Origin: Podarcis tiliguerta
Taxonomy: Eukaryota
Assembly (NCBI GenBank): GCA_965153285.1
Contig: OZ229119.1
Direction: 5' to 3' (one strand)
Length of the DNA: 64,000 bases
The position numbers and the translations under genes are program-made. Shown in pieces: positions 51,129 to 63,469 of the stretch. Position 1 is the first letter of the stretch; the number at the start of each line of letters is the position of its first letter. The notes beneath the pieces are model-generated. The model did no database searches. It was not told the DNA's origin and saw nothing but the letters and a program-made list of their open reading frames with translations.

Positions 51129-53089
51129 TTAAAATACTCCATTCAAATAAATGGCTTTTCCATTGCCTGTAATCATGGCAGCATCTAAGCTGATTGCTGC
51201 TCTTCTTAAGTGACTGGCAGAACAATCTGCTTGGTTGGCTATGGACAAAATTACACCAATTATCCCATCTCTTATTGTTCTTCACACCTCCTTATTCTTT
51301 TTGTTATTCATCTTAAAATGTCATCAGTAGGTCTAATTCCCTCCCCCGCAAATATCCCATCCTACAAGCAGAGATGCCTATTCATACGTATACAATGCTT
51401 TGAGCAATCTATCTCCAGTGACTATTTAGCATACCATTTCAATATCCATTTTCACAATGGAAGATTCCATAAGTTAGTAGGGTGACTGACATACAGAAGT
51501 GGACAATAGGTGTTGACCAGCAGGCTGTGAGGGGCCTTTCTCATATGCCAGACAGATCAGACTATTAAGCTGTGGGGAATTAGCAGTCCTGAGGAAAACT
51601 CATGTGCAAACACACCAGTGAGATCCATATGCTTGAAGGAATGATTTGAGTCTTATGACACCTTGAAGGCTAATGAATGTGTGTAGGCATAAGCTTCTCA
51701 GAATGGGCCAGAATCCACTTGGTGTCATGCTTCCATCAGAGGAGATGAAGACACTGAACTTTGAAGGCCCAATGGGGCCTCCTGACTCAGAGTTACCTTA
51801 AATATCTCCAGCAGAGCAGGAGAAGCTATGATTTGCCCATCTGCAGCAGAGGACTAGAAGGGACCTGTGGACAGGGTTGCTGACTTACCTGCAGCAGTTG
51901 TCTCACCTGCAGAATTAGAGAGGGGAGTGCCAGTGTCAGGAGGTGCAGAAAGAGGCAGCTACCTGCCAATTAAGTACATGCCTCAAGGCTCAGAAGAACC
52001 AGGCTCCTCAGGAGCAGGTAACTTGAATGGCTGGTGTAGCCAGTTGCAGCTGAGCCTGGGTGGGTCCTGGGTGACCCCAGGGTACAGAAGTTCCCAGTTG
52101 CTGACAGGCTCTGAGGATGAGAAGGTTATAATTTCATCTGAGTGAAGAGCTCACTGGGTGTTTTCTGAAGGCACAAGAACCCCAGGGGCTCTGAAGACCC
52201 TTCAAATCCATGGTGGGAGGGCGGATCTCCCCATAGCCACCTTCTAATGAACTGTAGTTCTTTTGGTTCTAACTGGTTAGCCAGTGATTCACATGCACAC
52301 AAAGTATCTCCTTCTCGCAAACAGCACAATATTTCCTGCTTGAGGTTTTCAGGAAGCTTGGCATATATTGTGTTCAACTGGCTCTTCTCATGGTTTTCAA
52401 TTCCCACCTTCTGAGGCAGGTGTTGGGTGTCCTAAATTGGTGCACCCAAAACCCACAAGGCATCCCCGGGCAGGCACATGGTCCACAGCAGTGACTGCAA
52501 CACAAAACCCTTCTAGTTGGTACCTCTTTGGCAACATTACTTTGTACCTTTTCACTGTTTCCTGTTCAGAAGTACAGGAAACTAAGGTCTGCATACAGTC
52601 TAACCTGACTATAGTTTATTGTCTGCGTTGTTAGGAGAATAGAAGGGTCAATATAACGCTATAAACATTTTCAGTTCTCCATTTCAAGGAGGAGAAACTG
52701 AGTACGTTATAAAGAAAGCTTTATGGATATTCTGAACTATCACACTTTGTGGATTAAACAGTTTAAGTTCCTTCCATTTAAAAAATGTATGGATGCCATT
52801 TTTTGTCACTATCTCTTTTTGACTGCCTCACTTCCTCCTGGGAAGTGGTTGAGATTCTTTTTATTGACATGATTCTGTTTATTTCCTCTATTTTAAGTGA
52901 AAGGTTGGGAATATACTTTCCCCCATCCCCATATATGTCTCCATATTTGCATTATGTAAGCATAATTTCTTGCTGCAAGCTCAAAGTTGCACTGCTAGTA
53001 CTCTAGAAAGTGGGGGATATTAACACCAGTCCCTTGTCATGATCCCTTCCTGTTGAGATTTAGGCTTTCAGCATATTTTCTACTCTGTG

Positions 53090-53470
53090 GAGGTGGAAGA
53101 CCTATTAGGATAGTCTGCCCTCAGAGGCTGATGTATCCAATGGGTTTTCAGACAGCTCTGGGGGATTTTCCAGCTGATAATACTGGTGCTCCTGTCAAAG
53201 CCCTGGCTGACTTTTGGAACACCCAAGTGGCTTGGGCCATTGACATGATTGCTCCTGAGTGCCGTCTCCCACTTTGTAGAGCCTGTTTGGCTCCCTAGTA
53301 TACTCCAGAGCTTAGGGCAAAGAAGCAAGCTCGAATGCCGGTGGAGGAAAACTCCACTTGAATGCAATCAAATACAAGTGAGGCCTCATCATCAAGCCTA
53401 CCTAGCAAAGAAGGTATACTTTGCTGCCTTCGCTGCATCTTTATTGTGCTGTCCATCAGAGATTTTCCTG
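53090..53470 (+). mobile_element. Degenerate L2 ORF2 internal fragment
   Basis: Frameshifted peptide ...FWNTQVAWAIDMIAP...KLECRWRKT... resembles the L2 EN-RT linker. Confidence 0.6.
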
Positions 53471-53471
53471 G

Positions 53472-53741
53472 TAGTAAAAGGATGGTTAAGTCCAGTCAAA
53501 AGTGACTATGGGGTTGCAGTGCTCATCTTGCTTTAGGCCGAGGGAGCTGGGATTTGTCCACAGACAGCTTTCCGGGTCATGTGGCAAGCATGACTAAACT
53601 GTTTCTGGTACAATAGAACACCGCGACGTGTGCCAGAACGCGCGGAAATGCCGTTTGCCTTCCCACTGCAGTGGTACCTATTTATCTACTTGCACTGGCG
53701 TGCTTTCGAACTGCTAGGTTGGCAGAAGCTAGGACAGAGCT
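53472..53741 (-). mobile_element. Older partial Sauria SINE
   Basis: ggtacctatttatctacttgcac..tttcgaactgctaggttggcag core on the minus strand; head missing. Confidence 0.8.
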
Positions 53742-54403
53742 CATATACCAAAAAAGTTTAAGCTATACTTTGGTAAATACACACACATATATAACATTAA
53801 TCAGAGTAGACATACCATTACAGAAAGAAAAAAATATGCTCAAATCATGAGACACAGTTATGAAACTTCTTCCAGTTTGGTAGCCTTATTCAACTCAGGG
53901 CATATGTTAACTGGACTCTATAGAATTGTTTTGTCAGTCAGCCTCCTCCTCTTTTATTCTGTAAATATACACAGAATGCTAACTGGAAGCAGAGCGACAG
54001 AAAGCTTATACAATAAATAGACATGAAAAGCATCAGGTTTTCCTTTTTTGGAAGCGCCAAACTCGCTGTCAATGCTTTATTTCCCATGTTCAGTTTAAAA
54101 GACGAAGACATATTTGGGGCATCGTGCAGAGCAGTGATTTTAAAATTTTCTGCCTATGGGAAACCTTTTCCTCATTATCTCATCTACCATGTAACTTCCC
54201 TGCATCGCAGAAGGTTCTAGAATATGATCTACTTACTTTTATTGATTTAACATATCTCTGTACTCCTTAATATGGAACATCTAAGCAGTACACTGTATCA
54301 TATAAAACCCCCTGCCCCCAAATAAATAATAAAACAAATATCAGCCTGCATATCAGCCCACTTGGTTAGAGTGTGGTGCTGGTAATGCCAAGGTTGCAGG
54401 TTT

Positions 54404-56278
54404 CATAGAATCATAGAATCATAGAATCATAGAGTTGGAAGAGACCACAAGGGTCATCGAGTCCAACCCCCTGCCAAGCAGGAAACACCATCAGACCACT
54501 CCTGACATATGGTTGTCAAGCCTCTGCTTAAAGACCTCCAAAGAAGGAGACTCCACCACACTCCTTGGCAGCAAATTCCACTGTCGAACAGCTCTTACTG
54601 TCAGGAAGTTCTTCCTAATATTTAGGTGGAATCTTCTTTCTTGTAGTTTGTATCCATTGCTCCGTGTCCGCTTCTCTGGAGCAGCAGAAAACAACCTTTC
54701 TCCCTCCTCTATGTGACATCCTTTTATATATTTGAACATGGTTATCATATCACCCCTTAACCTCCTCTTCTCCAGGCTAAACATGCCCAGCTCCCTTAGC
54801 CGTTCCTCATAAGGCATCGTTTCCAGGCCTTTGACCATTTTGGTTGCCCTCCTCTGGACACGTTCTAGTTTGTCAGTGTCCTTCTTGAACTGTGGTGCCC
54901 AGAACTGGACACAGTACTCCAGGTGAGGTCTGACCAGAGCAGAATACAGTGGCACTATAACTTCCCTTGATCTAGATGCTATACTCCTATTGATGCAGCC
55001 CAGAATTGCATTGGCTTTTTTAGCTGCCGCGTCGCACTGTTGGCTCATGTTAAGTTTGTGGTCAACCAAGACTCCTAGATCCTTTTCACATGTACTGCTC
55101 TCAAGCCAGGTGTCACCCATCTTGTATTTGTGCCTCTCATTTTTTTTGCCCAAGTGCAATACTTTACATTTCTCCCTGTTAAAATTCATCTTGTTTGTTT
55201 TGGCCCAGTTCTCTAATCTGTCAAGGTCGTTTTGAAGTGTGATCCTGTCTTCTGGGGTGTTAGCCACCCCTCCCAGTTTGGTGTCATCTGCAAATTTGAT
55301 CAGGATGCCCTTGAGTCCATCATCCAAGTCGTTGATAAAGATGTTGAATAAGACCGGGCCCAAGACAGAACCCTGTGGCACCCCACTAGTCACTCTTCTC
55401 CAGGATGAAGAGGAACCATTGATGAGCACCCTTTGGGTCCGGTCAGTCAGCCAGTTACAAATCCACTGAGTGGTAGCATAGTCAAGACCGCATTTTACCA
55501 GCTTCTTTACAAGAATATCATGGGGCACCTTGTCAAATGCCTTGCTGAAATCAAGGTAGACTACATCCACTGTGTTCCCTTCATCTACCAGGCTTGTAAT
55601 TCTGTCAAAAAACGAGATCAGGTTAGTCTGACATGACTTATTTTTCAGAAATCCATGCTGACTATTGGTGATCACAGCATTCCTTTCTAGGTGCTCACAG
55701 ATTGTTTGCTTAATGATCTGCTCCAGAATCTTCCCTGGTATTGATGTCAGACTGACTGGGCGGTAATTATTTGGGTCCTCTCTTTTCCCCTTTTTGAAAA
55801 TAGGGACAACATTTGCCCTCCTCCAGTCTGCCGGGACTTCGCCTGTTCTCCAGGAATTCTCAAAGATGACTGCCAGTGGTTCTGAGATCACATCTGCCAG
55901 TTCTTTTAATACTCTTGGATGCAGTTCATCTGGCCCTGGAGACTTGAATACATCTAAACTAGCCAAGTATTCTTGTACTATCTCCTTAGTTATTCTGGGC
56001 TGTGTTTCCTCTGCTGAATCATTTCCTCCAAATTCTTCAGGTCGGGCATTGTTTTCTTTATCGGAGAAGACTGAGGCAAAGAAGGCATTGAGGAGTTCTG
56101 CCCTTTCTGTGTCCCCTGTTTGCATTTCACCATCTTCTCCTCTGAGTGACCCCACTGTTTCTTTGTTCTTCCTTTTGCTACGAACATACCCATAGAAGCC
56201 TTTTTTGTTGCTTTTAACCTCTCTAGCAAGCCTGAGTTCATTCTGTGCTTTAGCTTTTCTGACTTTGTGTCTACACGG
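54404..56278 (-). mobile_element. 5'-truncated young CR1 LINE (ORF2 RT domain + 3' UTR)
   Basis: Uninterrupted ORF with [27 protein letters not shown] and FADD motifs. (ATTCTATG)n tail at 54404-54433; ggttt TSD at 54399-54403 and 56279-56283. Confidence 0.96.
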
Positions 56279-56317
56279 GGTTTGATCCCCGTATGGGACA
56301 ACTGCAGATTCCTGCAT
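54491..56317 (-). CDS. CR1 ORF2-derived reverse transcriptase ORF (608 aa, no endonuclease domain; first about 14 aa come from an antisense SINE)
   Basis: ORF track and RT motifs; expression unknown. Confidence 0.55.
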   Translation of the reverse strand: MQESAVVPYGDQTPCRHKVRKAKAQNELRLAREVKSNKKGFYGYVRSKRKNKETVGSLRGEDGEMQTGDTERAELLNAFFASVFSDKENNARPEEFGGNDSAEETQPRITKEIVQEYLASLDVFKSPGPDELHPRVLKELADVISEPLAVIFENSWRTGEVPADWRRANVVPIFKKGKREDPNNYRPVSLTSIPGKILEQIIKQTICEHLERNAVITNSQHGFLKNKSCQTNLISFFDRITSLVDEGNTVDVVYLDFSKAFDKVPHDILVKKLVKCGLDYATTQWICNWLTDRTQRVLINGSSSSWRRVTSGVPQGSVLGPVLFNIFINDLDDGLKGILIKFADDTKLGGVANTPEDRITLQNDLDRLENWAKTNKMNFNREKCKVLHLGKKNERHKYKMGDTWLESSTCEKDLGVLVDHKLNMSQQCDAAAKKANAILGCINRSIASRSREVIVPLYSALVRPHLEYCVQFWAPQFKKDTDKLERVQRRATKMVKGLETMPYEERLRELGMFSLEKRRLRGDMITMFKYIKGCHIEEGERLFSAAPEKRTRSNGYKLQERRFHLNIRKNFLTVRAVRQWNLLPRSVVESPSLEVFKQRLDNHMSGVV

Positions 56318-56846
56318 TGCAGGGGGTTGGACTAGATGATCTTCAGGGTCCCTTCCAACTCTATGATTCTGTGATATAATACAAACTCAGTTTTACAATA
56401 ATGATCTGTAATAAATAAAAATAGCTGGAGTCATACTTGTCATGGATGTAAATCACAAAGTGGCTGCCATGGGGGCATGGCATAACACAAAATTAGACAG
56501 TGTAATTGTGGTGAAGTTTTGTCTATAACTATATTTTCATGCAGTACTTTAATTTCTGCCTGCCATGCAGCTGTTATAGACACAAACTCCAAGTTTTCTC
56601 TTAAATTTAAACCAAATACTGGGCTTACACAAAGAGACTTTCTTCTAATAATAAATATATACCATTGTACTTAAAGTAAACTATACAGTGAATTGTTAAT
56701 AGCTGTCTGGTCTTTAGCTCCTGCATAGCAGGAGACATGTCCAAGCCTCTTGGCAGCGTTTTCACATTTGGCTTTTGGGAGGGAGGGTGGGGATTGTTTG
56801 ACATCCTTCCACACTTATTGTGTAGTAGTATCTGCAGTATCTGTGA

Positions 56847-57204
56847 GGGACGTGGGTGGCGCTGTGGGTAAAAGCCTCAGCGCCTAGGACTTGCCGATCG
56901 AAAGGTCGGCGGTTCGAATCCCCGCGGCGGGGTGCGCTCCCGTTGTTCGGTCCTAGCGCCTGCCAACCTAGCAGTTCGAAAGCACTCTCGGGGGCAAGTA
57001 GATAAATAGGGACCGCTTACTAGCGGGAAGGTAAACGGCGTTTCCGTGTGTGGCTCTGGCTTGCCAGAGCAGCGATGTCACGCTGGCCACGTGACCCGGA
57101 AGTGTCTTCGGACAGCGCTGGCCCTTGGCCTCTTGAGTGAGATGGGCGCACAACCCTAGAGTCTGTCAAGACTGGCCCGTACGGGCAGGGGTACCTTTAC
57201 CTTT
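56847..57204 (+). mobile_element. Sauria SINE, second subfamily (CpG-rich, young)
   Basis: Closely similar to the copy at 49465; TSD tatctgcag (56829-56837 / 57205-57213). Confidence 0.92.
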
Positions 57205-57969
57205 TATCTGCAGAAAATAACTTCTAAGGACTACCTGATCTAAGTTGAACCCACCATAGTAAAGTTGCAAAGGCAAATTAAGGAGATTCAAAGAACTGGA
57301 AATAATACAGAAGCAGGAAAAGTGCATGAAAGTGGAGGGGAAAATAGCAACTCTTTAGGACTCTAAATATTCCTAATATCTGGTGTCCAAACAACTCACT
57401 TATCAATCACTGCTCTGACTTCACTTATTGGCTAAAAACCTGACAGGCAGGAGCAGCCATACTGGCTCATTTCACAGAAAATGCTTACTTTACTTCATTA
57501 TTTTCTTTCTAGGAGGGCTGGAGACTTATTAAAAAGTTTTAAATAAAAGTTCCGAGTCCGGTGTGCCTGACGGGGGGAATCAATGAAGGCCATCACAGGA
57601 TAACAGAGTGCTCAAATCCACTTTAACTGTACAAACTATTTTTCTGGGATGCAGAATCCCTCCTCCATAGTAGTGATAGTCTGGAGGCACGCAAAAGGAT
57701 TTTTTTGCTTTTCTGTACAGCACAGATTTAGTCTTGGGAAGGCTAATGTGCATTGCCTACTTAAGATTCCATAATTCCAGTGGAGAATAATCCTAGATAA
57801 AGCAGCTGCACTCAATAGTCTTCAGCAGTATTTTGTAACTGCAGCATGGTACTGATCTAACCTAAGGATGTCCCACGTTTTCAACCTTGCGCTTTGGAAA
57901 CCACCAGTGGCATCGCTTTTGTCTCTGTGCACATTTGTCAGCTTAAGTAGCATGGAACCCAATGAAGTA

Positions 57970-58070
57970 TGCATGTGGTTCCTAGTCACTCATCCATCCA
58001 GATACTGATCAGACCCAGACGTGCTTAGCTTCAGCGAGAATGTGGCTCCATGTGCCTTGAGACTCTGGCC
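57970..58070 (-). mobile_element. 5S rRNA-derived (SINE3-type) head remnant
   Basis: Minus strand gaagctaagcacgtctgggtctgatcagtatctggatgg resembles the 5S internal promoter GAAGCTAAGCAGGGTCGGGCCTGGTTAGTACTTGGATGG. Confidence 0.65.
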
Positions 58071-59215
58071 TGCATTAAACAGGATTAATTAACTTCAACA
58101 TAACCTGCTAAATATTTCAAAAGAGCTATTCTTTTGGAACACATCAGACAAAACTTTTTGGTAACCAGTACATGGTTACTTTTTAAAGACATATTGTAGT
58201 ATAGGGGTTTTTTAAAAAAAAAATATTTTTGCAGGAAGGAATATGAAAGTGCAGCTCTAATGATTTCCCTTAAGAGCTTTGAAGGGTTGCTATGATTAAT
58301 TGAAAGGAATATATTCACACTGACTAACAAGTCCCATTCTTCTTCCTGTTCCACATCTGCCCACACTCTTCATATGAATCTCTATGTTTGAAGAGAGTTT
58401 TAAAAGTATGTACACATTAATAGCAATTTTGACAGCTGCATTGTTTCTTGGAGAAGCAATCATCTTTTCCCCTATTAACTCCAGGCTGAAGGTCTTCGCA
58501 GTCATTTCAGAGCACAGGTTCAGTTTCCCAAATATAAGCTTCATTAAATTTCCAACAAAACAGTCATTTAAAATCAGACACAGAGGGTAGTTGGCTCCAT
58601 TGTAGTTGTTCATTTAAGCTTACTGTGACTCATTGTGTTACTAGAATTTGGAGACAGAAAAGAAAGCTGCGAGGATCATCAAAAATAAAACCTTTGGTTT
58701 ATGTTTTGTGAAATCGGCACAGTGGGAAAATCTGGGCATTGCCTTTCCAGTGTGGCACTGTACTTTAGGCTGAGTGGCTACCCATATCTACCATAAGATT
58801 CAAATTGCTAGTAGGCGAATTGGTTCTGTTATCTATACATGGGATCAAAACTCCAGACTAAAGAGTTAATTTAAGAGCCAGCATAGTAGGGCTACCAACA
58901 GATTATAGAGATTCGCTGTTTAAATGGATGGATGAATCAGTTATGATAGATGCTGTAGTATCTCAGTACATGCAGACGTTTGAGGATATTTCATGGTGGA
59001 AACAGTTTCATTTAATTAAACGAACCAGAAGACATAATAATTGCTTATACAAATTACATTATATGCAAATAATTTCAGAAGTTTAGCATATTTTGCCACG
59101 GTGTCTCTACGTTAAACGCTCTTCATCTATAGCCAACAGATTATTTACAGTGCAATCCTATGTATATCTGCTAAGAAATAAGCAGTAGTGGGACTCACTG
59201 CCAGGTAAGTGTATA

Positions 59216-59436
59216 CAGTGGACAATCAGGTTGCGAACGTGATCCGTGTGGGATGCACATTCACAACCCACAGTGTTCGCAACCCGCGTCTGCACACGTA
59301 CTGATTGCCATTCGGCGCTTCTGCGCATGTGCGATTGCCAAAACCCAGAAGTAACCCGTTCTGGTACTTCTGGGTTTTAGTGGTCCGTAACCTGAAAAAA
59401 CGCAACCTGAAGTGTCTGTAACCCAAGGTATGACTG
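59216..59436. mobile_element. Tigger-like MITE nested in a short palindromic repeat
   Basis: TA|cagtgg...gactg|TA termini; right end aacctgaagtgtctgtaacccaaggta is shared with the 1113 element. Confidence 0.8.
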
Positions 59437-59589
59437 TATATGATCGCAGCCTTGCAGCACAATTCTATACAACACCACTCCATCCGAAGTGTGGCCCATT
59501 GAATTCAGTGGGGCTTACTCTTTGGCAAGTAGGTATCAGATTGCAGTCTTAATGATGCAATTTATATTCTGTTTATATTTATATTTAAA

Positions 59590-59722
59590 TCCTGGAGGTT
59601 TTTAAGCAGAGAGTGGATGGTCACCTGTCGTGCATGATCTAGTTGTGATTCCTGCATTGCAGGGGGTTGGACTAGATGACACTTGGGGCCCATTCCAGCT
59701 CTACAATTCTATGATTCTATGA
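59590..59722 (+). mobile_element. CR1 3' terminus
   Basis: ggaggtttttaagcagag...gggggttggactagatga...attctatgattctatga. Confidence 0.85.
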
Positions 59723-60626
59723 ATTAAACAAGAATAAAGTACATTAAATGTCTGCTTTTGTTCAGCTGGGCTCATTTCTGAGACTCACACAAGTGTCTTA
59801 ATACCGGTGTTTGCAAAACCATTTCATTCTGCTTGCAGCACCTCAAAGGATGCAATTTCTTCTTTCCATCTTTAAATTGGGTCTGCAGTTGTTCAGAAAA
59901 AAGGTATTCATAAAGCACATTCGAATGAAGGCTACATAAAAACCCCCATTTTAATTACAATCATACTTTGATTTCTGCTTCTGTCTCTGAATGTTTGCGG
60001 CTTGTTTTGGTTCAACCTCTGGGTCAGTGCCAGCTTACTAAAATTATATTTTCTCTGTGTTTTGCTTTGAAATAACCCCAGGTGAATAATGTTTCCTGCA
60101 TTACCTCAGAAGCGGCGGTACGGTAATTTTTGTTTGGGGAAGAGGCTACAAGTCACTTTCAAATGTTAACTTGCTTTTGAGATAATCATATATTGAGTGG
60201 GAGCCACCCGTGGAATCCATACTCTGTCTTCCTACTAACACGATTACTACTAACATGATTATAATAGAGCCAGTCCAGTCTACTAAATAAGAAGATGAAA
60301 GCATTAATCTTCTTGCCTCTTGGGTATACCTATGTGGCTTGAAATGATAGACAAGGAAAATAATAATATATTATTGTTCTGTGGTGTACTTCAGAATGCC
60401 AAGGCTTTTCACTTTTATACTCTGTCAGCAAGCTGACGAAACTCAGTTCTGTTTCTTCTTTTCCAGATGGGGCCCTGAGGTCTCAAAATCCATGCCAGCC
60501 ACCAGCGGTGGAGTGGATGGTGAATATTTTCAGACTCAATCTAGATGCAGAGTTGATTATAGTGATAAGTCAGTGAGCTTGTTGGCTAGTGCGTTGTCAG
60601 GGATGATGGGACTTGCAGCTCAAGTA

Positions 60627-60945
60627 CCGTATTTTTCTGTGTATAAGACTAGGTTATTTTATTAAAATATTATGCTAAAAACTTGGGGTTGTCTTATACA
60701 CAGACAGTGGAGAAGTGGGATGGGTGATTGGTGGCTGCCGCGAGCTGTATATTGTTTGTGGCATTTTTGCTGGTGATTGGTGGATGCTTCAAGGTCTGCT
60801 GGCTATTGGCTGCTGCGGCAATTGGGCGGGCGATTGGTGCTTGCTTTCAGCAAGCATGCAGACGATTGGTGCCTTTGCCAATGTGCGATTGGCTCTATTT
60901 AGAGTCCCCAAAAATAGGGGGCGTCTTATACACAGAAAAATATGG
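60627..60945. mobile_element. TcMar (Tc2/pogo-like) MITE
   Basis: 23-bp TIRs ccgtatttttctgtgtataagac / gtcttatacacagaaaaatatgg (1 mismatch) with TA TSDs. Confidence 0.87.
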
Positions 60946-62093
60946 TATATCTACGTAGAAGGCACCGCCTTGGCAACTGCTGCCAGAGTGTGTCTATAGC
61001 TCAGCTGCACTCCTCTCAGCAATGAAAAAGCATAAAAAGGAGAGAGGCATAAGAGTGCTCACATCTAGAAGAGTTGTGAGGTGTCTGCTTTGAATCCCAT
61101 GAGCAGGCTCAAGGTAAGCATAACTCTCATCAGAAGGAGGATCCTGTGAATTGCTGCCTTACCTTTCCCCCCTCCCCAAAGCCCTGAGATATAGCTTGGG
61201 TTAGGGAAGGTGGCAGCAGTGGGTGCTCTGAATCCAAAAAGTGGAATGGCAGCCATCACAGCTATTTAAATAGTGGCTCCCAGCTAGTAACCTAGCAACA
61301 TTTTGAACCAATTCTGAGAAGCCTTCAAAGGCAGCCCTTCATACAACACATTGAGCAGTCTAATCTAGAGGTTACCAAAGCATATACATAACTGCGGCCA
61401 GACTGTTTGTCCACAATGGCAAGTAGCTGGTGGAAGGTGTTGCATGCCACAGATTCCTCTCCAGCCACCACCAATGTCAGTGCTACAGTTAAAACTACAA
61501 ATTGTTTTATGCACAAAAATCATGGAGCGCTGTTCATGGAAACTGTTCAGGCTGAAACAAGTCCTCCAATCCCTGCTGTCAAGTCTGCTCCTGAAGCTAT
61601 TAAGTATTTTGGTAGTTTCATTGATGGACTATGCAAGGTGCAAAAAAGAATGGTTTCATGATTCAGTCAAGGAATCCAAGACCTGCTTGCATTTACATGT
61701 AATTACATCAGTGTCAGTAGGCAGCTGCTGGTGGTTTGGTGTATCCTGCTCCATATGTGCTTCAACATCTGATAACATCCACTGATGCTGATAACTAATC
61801 TTGTTCTAGCAACAAACCTCTTTTTCTTTCTTCTATTTCTTAATCATCTGCTATCCTGGTTCACTGAATTCCAGAACCACCATTTCGCCTTTCTATTTAA
61901 TATACAAGTGTACATGGACACCAACTGTGTGGCAACAACTGAAAGGGCTGCTAGGAGATCATCATTAATTAACCTGATCAAGTTTAAGCACACAAGATTT
62001 TTGTAATTGGTTTACACTGACTAGTCAATGAAGCATAAACCTACACTTGATGGAATAATCTGTCCTGGAAAGCTTGCTCCCTTTTTACATATA

Positions 62094-62342
62094 CAGTCGT
62101 ACCTTCGAAGTCGAACGAAATCTGCTCCAGAAGTCCGTTCAGCTTCCAAAACATTCAGAAACCAAAGCACGGCTTCTGATTGGTTTCAGGAAGCTCCTGC
62201 AGCCAATCAGAAGCCGTGGAAGCCTCATCGGACGTTCGGGTTCCAAAGCACGTTCGCAAACCAGAACACTCACTTCTGGGTTTGTGACATTCGGGAGCCA
62301 AAACGTCCGAGTACCAAGCCATTCGGAATCCATGGGTGACTG
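62094..62342. mobile_element. Tigger-like MITE with internal palindrome
   Basis: TA|cagtc...gactg|TA termini; internal inverted repeat cacggcttctgattgg / ccaatcagaagccgtg. Confidence 0.8.
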
Positions 62343-63423
62343 TAGTTTATGAAAAGCTTCACAGATATTAAAGCGGGACGCTCGCTTGGCACCTTGGTTA
62401 CACGACTTTAGGCGCCAGGCAAAAACTGTGGGGGGGGGGAGGGGTTATTGTTTTCTTTTGTTATGTAGTCTTCTTTTTTAATATTGTAAACCACCCTCTG
62501 ATCCTTGGATGAAGGACGGCACAGAAATTTGTAAGTAAATAACAAATAACAATCTTTTCCTCCACGCACTGCAGGCTTGTCCCCATAGTATTTTCTTTTT
62601 AATTGCTGCCATCCTTTCAGATCTTGAAAGATGCCTTTCGAATTAAAGAAAGCACAGCTCCTTAAAAAAACAAAACCATCAGACATTTTATACGGCACAG
62701 CAATAAAATCATAATTACGCCATTCACTGAAGAATTTTAAGCAGCAAGCAATTTGATTTTGGTATTTATTGAAAAGAATGACACAGGAACAGCAATATAG
62801 CAGGTACACTTTTCTAAACTATGGAAATATACAGTACTATCCAAAATTTTAATCGCAAATATGGCATCTCCAAATTTTATTGTATTAAAAATGCAAATAA
62901 ACTAGGATCTAATAAATGATTTCATGAAATAAATAAAGGAATTGAATAGAATATACAAATTGTTGTTGTTAAATTATACCTACCTTCTTTCCTGACTGGG
63001 AGTTGAGGCGGGTTGCAGATTAAAATAAGAACAGCTAAAAACACACACAATTAAACTCTGATAGAACTAAAACATGTAAAAGGAAACACACAGTAAAAAA
63101 TTTCAAAATCCACAGTTCGGCAATACTTTTCTTAGGACCGACCAAAATACCACCCAAGTGTTTGACTTCTCCAGAACTCTTTATCAGGCAATATGTCACA
63201 TAAAGCAAAGGGTGGGGGAAGATGCCTAAAACATGGTTGACTGAATCAAACAACCAGAGAGATTAGTAAGTAGCAGGACATGGGCTTGTTAAGGATGTAA
63301 TCACATATATATCACCCTAATTTAACAGCAGTCACATTTTAACTAAAAGGAGAAGATATACATTTTAAAGAAACTGCACAGATTTCTGGAATTGCAATTG
63401 TGACAGAGGATATATGTTCTTGA

Positions 63424-63463
<40 letters not shown>
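63424..63463. repeat. (ATT)n microsatellite (another at 29218-29244)
   Basis: Direct inspection. Confidence 0.95.
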
Positions 63464-63464
<1 letters not shown>

Positions 63465-63469
63465 TGCAG

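Larger units (their letters stand above)
54352..56375 (+). mobile_element. tRNA(Ile)-like SINE with CR1-type 3' tail, split by the CR1 insertion (halves 54352-54403 and 56279-56375)
   Basis: A-box-like cagcccacttggttagag, then gtggtgctggtaatgccaaggttgcaggttt|gatcccc (B box), then CR1 3' end gggggttggactagatga..ttccaactctatgattct. Confidence 0.8.

Noticed and set aside
54404-54433. Short direct repeats (catagaat)n
   Set aside because: CR1 3' microsatellite tail without spacers. No CRISPR array or other prokaryotic system exists in this eukaryotic window.
54435-56301. Several overlapping ORFs on both strands inside the CR1
   Set aside because: Shadow frames of the RT coding sequence.
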